Virus record (IMG/VR): IMGVR_UViG_2724679462_000002
Location: 1-64,000 of that record
Origin: a virus
Lineage: Duplodnaviria; Caudoviricetes
DNA length: 64,000 bases
Direction: 5' to 3' (one strand)
How positions within the stretch are numbered: the first letter of the stretch is position 1; every line of letters begins with the position of its first letter. Shown piece by piece: positions 1-7,655 of this stretch. The position numbers and the translations under genes are program-made. The notes below the pieces were generated by a model that saw only the letters and a program-made list of their open reading frames with translations, was not told where the DNA came from and ran no database searches.

Positions 1-47
1 GCATGAGATCACGAAGATGTATCGCCTCTTGAGGCAAAACGAATAGC

Positions 48-257
48 ATGATCAGCCAACTTGTGGGTAATCCTGAGGGTAATGAGGCATTCCTTGAATT
101 GGTCCGGGAAGGTCTCACGCGCGAAGAACTGGCTCGAAACATTCAACGTCGCCCCGAACTATGGAGTCGCTTTGCGGGCTTTATGAAGTCGTTGCCTGAT
201 GGGAGGTCAGAAAAATCATGCAGGAGAGAATCTGGAAGAATCGGCTTAAGAAGTTGA
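48..257 (+). CDS. small hypothetical protein
   Basis: ATG immediately after an upstream TAG; first complete gene of a tightly packed + strand cluster. Confidence 0.55.
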   Translation: MISQLVGNPEGNEAFLELVREGLTREELARNIQRRPELWSRFAGFMKSLPDGRSEKSCRRESGRIGLRS

Positions 258-598
258 TCAAAGACTGTGGTACGTTGTTGCGCCGGAACGCTGTTGAACT
301 GCGGGAGCTTGGCGATCCGAGGGCAGCCGACATGTCTCTCGCGATGGCGGATGTTACCGATGCTTTCATCGAGCTTTCCGTCGCCAATCCGAACTCCGAC
401 TTAGGCTGTCTGCTTGCGGGCGCGAACGTGCATGCGCTACAGCAAGGCAATGGTCTTGGTGACGCCATCATCTGGCCGGCATATCGCCGCGCGGGCATGC
501 ACGAGCGTGCAGAGGAATGGACGACGCTCACGAACCTGGTCAGAGAGACATGCGTCGAGCTGCAGACCCCAGTGACCGCTAAGAAGAAGCGCACATGA
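218..598 (+). CDS. hypothetical protein
   Basis: 126 aa ORF, GGAGG upstream, ATGA overlap with the next gene. Confidence 0.65.
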   Translation: MQERIWKNRLKKLIKDCGTLLRRNAVELRELGDPRAADMSLAMADVTDAFIELSVANPNSDLGCLLAGANVHALQQGNGLGDAIIWPAYRRAGMHERAEEWTTLTNLVRETCVELQTPVTAKKKRT

Positions 599-975
599 CG
601 ACGAATAATCCGAACTTCAACCACTACGTCATCAATCGCAAAACAAAACAGATCATCGCTGGCTTTGACAAGCCGAGTGATGCAGAAACCCTCGCCCTGA
701 CCCAAGACGAATACATCGTCCGAGGTCGGGGCTATCTTGCGGATACCATGCCGCGGTATCGCACCGTCGATCCACTTTGGGGCTGGGACGGCGATATGAA
801 GTTGCGAGCGATGCAATTCATGAGCAAGTCATTCAGCGCATTCGAGAAGAATCTGGCTAGCGCATGGATCGAGGGCGACGGTGCGAACAAGCGACGTATC
901 GAGGCCGAATTCTGGTTCCTGTTCGAAAAGCACGGCGGTGTGCCGCGCAAGCCCCACGATGCCGAAACTGTATAG
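595..975 (+). CDS. hypothetical protein
   Basis: ATGA-coupled 126 aa ORF. Confidence 0.65.
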   Translation: MTTNNPNFNHYVINRKTKQIIAGFDKPSDAETLALTQDEYIVRGRGYLADTMPRYRTVDPLWGWDGDMKLRAMQFMSKSFSAFEKNLASAWIEGDGANKRRIEAEFWFLFEKHGGVPRKPHDAETV

Positions 976-1396
976 CACGTTCGGCGAGGTTCGCCGGCGT
1001 TTTGCGTCAGTGCGGGACCAGTTCGCTGAAGAACTGCGACGCGAACTCGGACCTGGCTTCCTGCGCAGTCGTGGTGCCGGCTTCATGACCTACGACATGT
1101 TCGGCGAGGCCAGCGAGCCCCGACTCGAAAGCAGACCGTTGGCGGAGTTTTCCGCTCGCGAATTCGATTACTTGATCTCCCTCGTCGAAACAATGCACGC
1201 TGAGGTGGCAGAGATCCGCGTATGTGGAGGATTCGACTTTTCCAAAACGATGCAGGGCGGCGATTTTTTCGCCGGCGACGCGGCACAGCTCGTCGGTGAG
1301 TTCGCAATTCCGGTCTGGACGAGCTTCGAGGAGGATGGAGAGCGTGCGAAAGAAAAGATCTACATCACGCGCAAAGGTCCGTCACAAGTGGAGTGA
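959..1396 (+). CDS. hypothetical protein
   Basis: ORF 881..1396; ATG 959 chosen to limit overlap (ATG 1085 is an alternative). Confidence 0.5.
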   Translation: MPKLYSTFGEVRRRFASVRDQFAEELRRELGPGFLRSRGAGFMTYDMFGEASEPRLESRPLAEFSAREFDYLISLVETMHAEVAEIRVCGGFDFSKTMQGGDFFAGDAAQLVGEFAIPVWTSFEEDGERAKEKIYITRKGPSQVE

Positions 1397-2090
1397 GGAG
1401 GAAAAGGAGAAGATCAGGCGGGAATATCCACACCGAGTAACGAAAGAGCTCGCTGAAGAGATGGATGTCGGCATCGGGCCGCTCTACCAGATGGCTGCGA
1501 AGCTCGGTGTTCTGAAGACGGATGCTTACTGGGAGGAGGACGTCCGGCTGCGAATTGAACGGGGACGCGTCCATCCTAAGTTGAAGGAGAACCAGTTCAA
1601 GAAAGGACAAAAAGCGTGGAATGAGGGCATCAAAGGCAGCACCGGCAACCACCCGAACTCTCGCCGAACACAGTTCAGGAAGGGTCAGCGCAGCGGGGCG
1701 GCAAATAACAACTGGGTTCCCATTGGCACGGAGCGGCTCTCGAAGGAAGGCTACCTCGAGCGGAAAGTAACCGACGATCCAAATGTGCAGTTTCAACGCA
1801 GGTGGGTAGGCGTCCACCGTCTGGTCTGGGAAGCTTCGAATGGTCCTGTCCCCAAGGGCCACATGGTCTGCTTCCTCCCCGGCAAGAAGACCAACGTCGC
1901 AACCGAAATCACCATTGATATTCTCGAACTCGTGAGTCGTCGCGAGCGAGCTCGCCGTAACCATCCAAGCAGCAAATCCCCGGAGCTGGCGAAGCTAACC
2001 CAGTTGAAGGGCGCCATCACGCGCCAGTTGAACCGTATTGTCCGTGAAGCAAAGGAGAAAGACCGTGAGCAACATGAACGACTTGCGTGA
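1335..2090 (+). CDS. HNH endonuclease (prophage-type, N-terminal helical DNA-binding region)
   Basis: GAGGAGG before ATG 1335; motifs FKKGQKAWNEG, PIGTERLSKEGY, VHRLVWEASNGPVPKGHMVCF. Confidence 0.8.
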   Translation: MESVRKKRSTSRAKVRHKWSEEEKEKIRREYPHRVTKELAEEMDVGIGPLYQMAAKLGVLKTDAYWEEDVRLRIERGRVHPKLKENQFKKGQKAWNEGIKGSTGNHPNSRRTQFRKGQRSGAANNNWVPIGTERLSKEGYLERKVTDDPNVQFQRRWVGVHRLVWEASNGPVPKGHMVCFLPGKKTNVATEITIDILELVSRRERARRNHPSSKSPELAKLTQLKGAITRQLNRIVREAKEKDREQHERLA

Positions 2091-2622
2091 ACATCTGATG
2101 CAAACGCTGGCTGCTCTGCGTGACCGGGACAGGCCCATGGAGGTGGACCGTGCACGCGCCGTCGCACAGGTCGCCGCTGTCGCAGTGGAGACGGCCAAGG
2201 TGGAGGTCGAGTACATCCGTGCCACCGGCGGGAACAGTCGCTCTCCCTTCTTGACCCCCGTCGGAACACCAGAAATTCCCGCACCGGACAACGCGGGCTC
2301 AAACGAAGTCAAGCAGATCGGTAACGGAACCCGTAGCAGCACACAGCCGACCGCGACTGGAATCATCCACCCGCGCCCGGTGACCATGCCCTCCTTCGAA
2401 GTCTTTCCTATCAACAACTCAAGCAAGCGAATCGGTCCTTCAGTCGTCGTCCGGGCAGACGACATCAAGCGCGCAGAAGTCGCGGGAAAGTACTGGATGC
2501 GTGTGCTCGGACGAACCGTTCGCCATGTGCGGGCCGTGCCCTATCGACCGGAGCTCGATCCTGCGGTCCGCATGTTCATCAGGAGAAACTCATGCCCCTT
2601 GCAAGACGCGGTGAAGTCGTAA
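2065..2622 (+). CDS. HNH-partner phage protein, possibly fused to a second small gene starting at ATG 2386
   Basis: AAGGAG before GTG 2065; N-terminal DLREHL...RARAVAQVA...TAKVEVEY resembles the small gene that usually follows this HNH type. Confidence 0.6.
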   Translation: MSNMNDLREHLMQTLAALRDRDRPMEVDRARAVAQVAAVAVETAKVEVEYIRATGGNSRSPFLTPVGTPEIPAPDNAGSNEVKQIGNGTRSSTQPTATGIIHPRPVTMPSFEVFPINNSSKRIGPSVVVRADDIKRAEVAGKYWMRVLGRTVRHVRAVPYRPELDPAVRMFIRRNSCPLQDAVKS

Positions 2623-2822
2623 CCGTTCAGCACAAAGACCGCGAGTACGTGGTCTTCTTGCGTGACGGAGATCCCCGACACGTTCGGGTCCGGTACAGCC
2701 AAACCGGGGTTGCCACTACCCTGCGCGTGATCTGGGATGCCTCCTATCAGCGCATGGGTCAGATCACCCGCGACGTGCTCGAACTGGCGCAGAGAAAGCT
2801 GGTTGTCGAGGCGCGCGCATGA
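2592..2822 (+). CDS. small hypothetical protein
   Basis: AGGAG upstream; ATGA overlap with the next gene. Confidence 0.5.
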   Translation: MPLARRGEVVTVQHKDREYVVFLRDGDPRHVRVRYSQTGVATTLRVIWDASYQRMGQITRDVLELAQRKLVVEARA

Positions 2823-3154
2823 CATCCAACATTCCGAAGTTCATGTTGCCCAAGCCGATTAACCCGCGCAAGTTTCTTACACCTCTGCGCAGGGACCCGC
2901 GCACACGGTACACGGTCTATCGACATGGCGTGGCAACTCCGTTCGTCATCGCAGTGTCGTCGACGATGACGCGCTACAACTTCGTCAAAACCGAGACTGC
3001 GCCTTACGACACCTACATCGAAATCGGCCGCCGCGCGTTTGGTGTCAACCACCAGAAGCTGATGATCGATGGAACCGACATGCCCGAATCGTGGTTCATC
3101 GACATCTCACAGGGCGTGAAGTACTGGGAGGAAGACGAACGGGAGGCAGCGTGA
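2819..3154 (+). CDS. hypothetical protein
   Basis: coupled ORF, 111 aa. Confidence 0.6.
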   Translation: MTSNIPKFMLPKPINPRKFLTPLRRDPRTRYTVYRHGVATPFVIAVSSTMTRYNFVKTETAPYDTYIEIGRRAFGVNHQKLMIDGTDMPESWFIDISQGVKYWEEDEREAA

Positions 3155-3438
3155 ACGAAGTCAAGTCTCTTGCATATCCGCCGCTCGGTGCTCACTGGAG
3201 CTATGGACCAGAGCATATGCGACGAATCTCCGCCGCTTCTGCGCGAACGCTATGCGGGATGTATCCGACTCCAAAGGTTGGCTACGAAACGCTCGTTGCG
3301 ATCGCACCGGACGGTTTCGGAGGAAAGAAGCGCCTGTATGTCCAGAACGTAAGCGGCGACTTCTACATCGCAAGTTCGGACACCGTGATCAGCGACTGGC
3401 CTGATTCCTTTCAGGTCACGGTAAAGGAGGCTGGCTAA
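3151..3438 (+). CDS. hypothetical protein
   Basis: GGAGG before GTG 3151; GTGA overlap with the previous stop. Confidence 0.6.
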   Translation: MNEVKSLAYPPLGAHWSYGPEHMRRISAASARTLCGMYPTPKVGYETLVAIAPDGFGGKKRLYVQNVSGDFYIASSDTVISDWPDSFQVTVKEAG

Positions 3439-3761
3439 TGGCACGACTTGCGGAACGACGCGTTGCCTCAACAAAGCAGCTACAGCAGATCAAGGACGTT
3501 ACGCCGGAGATCGCGGAAGCCGTCCGCAATGTCTGGAAGACGGTACGCATGCGAGACGAGGCGCGCGAGGAGGTCAACAAGCTGATCGAAACACACGGCG
3601 TCGAGTTCCTCGGCGTTCATCGCCGCACTGGTGATGATGTCTACTACTGCAACGCCGGGGACTCATACGCCACCACGATTCTCTTTCGTGGCCTCTCTTT
3701 GATCGTCGGATGTACGGGCGATCTCGTCGAGTCCCGCCTGATCAAGGCGCCGCAGTCGTGA
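3438..3761 (+). CDS. hypothetical protein
   Basis: AAGGAGG RBS, TAATG coupling; contains YYCNAGDSYATT. Confidence 0.65.
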   Translation: MARLAERRVASTKQLQQIKDVTPEIAEAVRNVWKTVRMRDEAREEVNKLIETHGVEFLGVHRRTGDDVYYCNAGDSYATTILFRGLSLIVGCTGDLVESRLIKAPQS

Positions 3762-4099
3762 TGACGGCTCCGGGCAGGGTGCGTCTCAGATGGGGAAAAC
3801 CCAACAGAACGAATGCCTGGTCGTCTCCATGCGGTCGACTGGATCTCGAGCTCACCGCAACTCAGATCTTTTCGGTCAATCTAGTCGGCCTGCAAGATCA
3901 AGAAATCCGAAGGCTTTCCGAAGACCCCGATGTGAAGGATCAGACTGCGTTCTGGGCGGCCGAGGTCGTAGCCGCGCACCTGAGGGAGTACGGAGCCTGG
4001 AGCGAGGAGGAACTAAAGGACCATCAAGCAAACATCCAACGAACGCTCTGGACAGTCTGCTGCGAGTTGCGCGACAGCTACCGGTGCTGCTGGGTCTAA
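3761..4099 (+). CDS. hypothetical protein
   Basis: TGATG coupling within ORF 3710..4099; contains LREYGAWSEEEL. Confidence 0.6.
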   Translation: MTAPGRVRLRWGKPNRTNAWSSPCGRLDLELTATQIFSVNLVGLQDQEIRRLSEDPDVKDQTAFWAAEVVAAHLREYGAWSEEELKDHQANIQRTLWTVCCELRDSYRCCWV

Positions 4100-4122
4100 C
4101 AAGCCATTTCAGGAAGAACAAA

Positions 4123-4464
4123 ATGAGCCTCGACAACATGAACCAGGATGCCCTCAACCGACACAGCGACGCGCTGTTCATTCAGGAAGGCGCGTGTAAT
4201 CTCAGCGGCGTTGCGCGCTCGCTGGTCCGCGCAATCAACCAGTGTCAGCATCAGGAAAACATGGGCACGCAGCAGGTCCGTGATGACGCAGCCATCCGGA
4301 TGATCGTTCACCAGATGGCGTTCCTCTGCAATGTGGGTGAGATCGACAACTTCAGCAACGACCTCTACGGCAAGCTCCAGCAGGAGTGCAAGGAGAAGTC
4401 GGAGGCGACCAACAAGAAGCTCGCGGAACAGAAGGCACAGGCGAAGGCCGCGGAGGCATCGTGA
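4123..4464 (+). CDS. hypothetical protein
   Basis: ATG 4123 after AGGAAG; strong GC3 codon bias. Confidence 0.65.
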   Translation: MSLDNMNQDALNRHSDALFIQEGACNLSGVARSLVRAINQCQHQENMGTQQVRDDAAIRMIVHQMAFLCNVGEIDNFSNDLYGKLQQECKEKSEATNKKLAEQKAQAKAAEAS

Positions 4465-5327
4465 GCCGGCGGGCCAAGTTGAACCGTTCTCCGGTCTGGG
4501 CGGACCCTTACAAGGCCGAGGTGATCAAGTCGCTGCAGCAGTTCTCGATTCGTCACAACACCTTCAAGGTCTTCTGCGACTTCATCGAGATGTCGGCGTT
4601 GGCGCTCAGCAACAAGTTCGACCTGATCAACTACGACAGGCGGGAAAAGCGGTATCTGGAGATCGTCAAGAACTACAAGAAGGAGGAGCTGGATCTGTTC
4701 GCGCGGACGCTCGGTCAACTCCAGGCGTGCTATCAAGCAAGGCTCGACCTTCTAGGCGACGCAGGCTTGAGGGAATCGGTCGACAGCATCGGAGACGTGC
4801 TCGGCCAGATCTTCATGGCACTTGATCTCGGGAGCGAACGCGCGGGGCAGTTCTTCACGCCCTCCGAGGTTTCCCTGATGATGGCCAAGATGGTCACGGT
4901 GGGCGATGGTTCTGACATCCGCAAACGGGGATTCATCACCATGGACGAGCCCGCGTGCGGATCCGCCGGCATGGTCGTCGCAGTCGCGCAAGCCATGCAT
5001 GAGGCGGGCCTGAACTACCCCACTATGTTGCATGCGACCTGCACAGACATCGACCCGACCTGCGTGCACATGGCGTATGTCCAACTGGCGCTCCTTGGCA
5101 TCCCTGCGACGGTGATTCACGGCAACTCGCTGACGCTCCAGACTTGGGACGTCTGGCATACGCCTTCGCACTATCTGTGCGGCTGGCCGAATCGCTTCGA
5201 ACGGAAGCGTGTCGGCGAAGCCTGCTCTAAGCTGATTGAATTTATGCGGTCAGCTGAGAAGGTGGGGCCGGACATAGTTGAGAAGGAGCCTCTGCCGGCA
5301 TCTGATCCTGTAACGGTTCCGGGGTAG
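4461..5327 (+). CDS. short HsdM-like N6-adenine methyltransferase-fold protein
   Basis: GQFFTP, EPACGSAGM (SAM-binding motif I), TDID and GNSL motifs present; no NPPY/F; GGAGG with GTGA coupling. Confidence 0.75.
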   Translation: MSRRAKLNRSPVWADPYKAEVIKSLQQFSIRHNTFKVFCDFIEMSALALSNKFDLINYDRREKRYLEIVKNYKKEELDLFARTLGQLQACYQARLDLLGDAGLRESVDSIGDVLGQIFMALDLGSERAGQFFTPSEVSLMMAKMVTVGDGSDIRKRGFITMDEPACGSAGMVVAVAQAMHEAGLNYPTMLHATCTDIDPTCVHMAYVQLALLGIPATVIHGNSLTLQTWDVWHTPSHYLCGWPNRFERKRVGEACSKLIEFMRSAEKVGPDIVEKEPLPASDPVTVPG

Positions 5328-5365
5328 TACCTTTGGTCAAATGAGGGGCGGTCGGGACCACCGTG

Positions 5366-5797
5366 TCACTTGAGGGGTGCCGTTTGCATTGTAGTTGGTG
5401 ACCCCGCCGAGGCTGCGGCAGCTGGTCGCGCTGCTCGTGCGAAGTCATACACGTTGCGCTTGCGCATGCGGTCGAGTTCAGCCATGCAGTACGCGTAACG
5501 TTGCTCGCGCGTGCGGAAGTGCTGCATAGGGCGTCGCGGACCAAAGCCGTGGCCGTTTCTCGTTGACCAGAACCATACGGTGTACCACCTGCCAAGTTCG
5601 CTGTCGTCACACAACCCCTCGTAATGCTTTTCGCACAGCTCTTCATTCGAGAAGTCTTCGGGGGCGTTGCGGTGACGCACATAGGTGCCCAGGACGTAGC
5701 GTGCGCCAGATGGGCGACCGTACTCATCTGTCAGATCGAAGTCATGGGAATGAGAACTGCTTGCGCCATGCGCAATCAAATACGGCGCTTGTGCCAT
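5366..5797 (-). CDS. hypothetical protein
   Basis: 143 aa ORF convergent with the methylase-like gene. Confidence 0.5.
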   Translation of the reverse strand: MAQAPYLIAHGASSSHSHDFDLTDEYGRPSGARYVLGTYVRHRNAPEDFSNEELCEKHYEGLCDDSELGRWYTVWFWSTRNGHGFGPRRPMQHFRTREQRYAYCMAELDRMRKRNVYDFARAARPAAAASAGSPTTMQTAPLK

Positions 5798-5985
5798 ATG
5801 TATTGTTCCAGATTGAGGGATGAAACTGTTGTTGATTCCGCCCCTGTATCCGTCGCAATCAGAAGCGCAGCACTCGTGAAAGCGATCACATGAGCAGCCG
5901 CGAACCTAAGCCCCGCGCGCCAGACACTGTGGTCAAGCTCGTGTTGCTCAAGGTCCCGTTTCAGCTTGGTGTGAAAACTTTCCAT
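5776..5985 (-). CDS. small hypothetical protein
   Basis: 69 aa ORF upstream of 5366..5797. Confidence 0.3.
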   Translation of the reverse strand: MESFHTKLKRDLEQHELDHSVWRAGLRFAAAHVIAFTSAALLIATDTGAESTTVSSLNLEQYIWHKRRI

Positions 5986-6226
5986 GCCCCAATGCTAGGG
6001 CGCGCGTGTGCGCGTGACCCCTCCCATTGCAGGAGGGTGCGGCACACTGCCGCACCCTTGACTTTCACACTTCCTCAATCTCAGGAAGTGTGAAAACGCC
6101 AGCTTTTCCAATATCAGGGAGGATTTTGGAGAGTCGCTTACATGGGTTTCAAATCGGTCCACGATCCATTGCAACACGGGATTGACTTCACAAACGCCAT
6201 TGTCCGTTCTGTGGACTAGAGGGCTC

Positions 6227-6273
6227 ACGGCATAATGCCCAGACCCCGGGAGGAGTCTGGGCTCTTATGCCGT
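6227..6273. terminator. CGGCATAA...TTATGCCG hairpin element (likely terminator)
   Basis: ACGGCATAA-TGCCCAGAC...GTCTGGGC-TC-TTATGCCGT, just past the stop of 6282..7490. Confidence 0.7.
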
Positions 6274-6281
6274 CAGTTTGA

Positions 6282-7490
6282 TCAGAGCAAACCAGCGTAC
6301 TCTTTCAGTGCCGTGCGGACTTGTTTCTCGGTTTCAGCGCGGTCCTTCCGTTGTGCATCGGACATCGGCTCGTCGACCACCGTGGCGTCGTAGAGTTTGA
6401 CCATCTCCTGCCAGATCTTGAGCATCGATTTCTGCGTCTCGATCCACACGCCGTACAGGAACTCATGCGCCACGATCACGACGTGGAAGCTGTCCATCAG
6501 CTCGCGAAGATGCTTGACGAACGCCCGTGCCACCGCTTGCTGCGCCACGAGTACCTTGCCCTGCTCGGTTTCCGAGGTCAGCCGATCGATCTTCATCGAC
6601 ACCGTGTTGAGGTGCTCCGTCATCTGCTCCAGTGCCTGCTGGGCCTGCCGCATGGACCGTGCTGCACCCGCAACTCCAATAAGCGTTTGCGCACTCACGA
6701 CCGTACTCTTGAGCGCCGAGATGTCTTTCGGGATGCTCGCGTACTGTCCAGTATTGACAGATGTCTTAGCCTGCTTGATGGCGTCGTACCGACCCTTGGT
6801 GAGCTCGAGGGCGTTACGTGCCGTCAGACTCGACATCGTGCCGCTACCGTCCTCCTGGGTGCTGAGTTGTGTGTCTAGCTCCCTGGCGAACCCTTCGAGA
6901 TCCTGGTGCATGGCTTGACCCGACGCATCCATCGCCTCGGCGCGCTTGCTTTCCTTCTCGTACCACGCCACCAAGGACGCCACGCCCTTCTCGATGATCT
7001 CCGTGTAGTCGCCCTTGTCGAACGACTGGCTCAGGCTCACCATCGCCTTGCTGTACTCGGAGTTGGCGTCGAGAATCGCGCGCGTTTGTGCTGGCGAATC
7101 CGCCATCAGCTTCGAATACAGATTCTCCTCGTACCGCTGACGGAGGTGTTCCGTTTGGAGGATCTGGGCGAGACGTTCGATGCCATCGGCGAGCTTTCTG
7201 CCCTGCTCTTCCACGGCGCTCAGATGGGCTTCGTCGAACTGCTTGCCGTCGCCTCGCAGCCAGCCGATGAAGCGCTTGATCATCTCGACCGATTTGCGAA
7301 TCAGCTTCCTGATCGTGTCCCACACGGTGCTGACAATGCCCTCGAGAGCGACGCGCGTTCGTTCGCTCTTCGTGCCCCCGCTGAATTGCAACGAAGCAAA
7401 GTGGCTACCGCCGAGCACGGAGTCCGCCTCAAGGGCAATGCCTGTGGTCAACGTACCGCTTTGCATCAACTGACTACGCACGGATACCAA
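6282..7490 (-). CDS. phiKZ-type internal head protein (true start may lie upstream, near 7547)
   Basis: A-L-E prohead protease motifs and the VALEGIVSTVWDTIRKLIRKSVEMIKRFIGWL amphipathic segment typical of phiKZ-like head-protein paralogues. Confidence 0.7.
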   Translation of the reverse strand: MVSVRSQLMQSGTLTTGIALEADSVLGGSHFASLQFSGGTKSERTRVALEGIVSTVWDTIRKLIRKSVEMIKRFIGWLRGDGKQFDEAHLSAVEEQGRKLADGIERLAQILQTEHLRQRYEENLYSKLMADSPAQTRAILDANSEYSKAMVSLSQSFDKGDYTEIIEKGVASLVAWYEKESKRAEAMDASGQAMHQDLEGFARELDTQLSTQEDGSGTMSSLTARNALELTKGRYDAIKQAKTSVNTGQYASIPKDISALKSTVVSAQTLIGVAGAARSMRQAQQALEQMTEHLNTVSMKIDRLTSETEQGKVLVAQQAVARAFVKHLRELMDSFHVVIVAHEFLYGVWIETQKSMLKIWQEMVKLYDATVVDEPMSDAQRKDRAETEKQVRTALKEYAGLL

Positions 7491-7655
7491 TGTCGCTAGG
7501 TGCGACTCTAGGGCGAGCAGGTCGCCCTTCTCAAAATCCGCCTTGATGTTCTTGTCTCGGAAATAAGAGGGAAACAGGAGTACAAGCGCCTGTCTCCCCT
7601 GGGTATTGATCCGCTTAACCCTTACGGGAAAAGTGAACTTGGGATGGGTTGTTCA

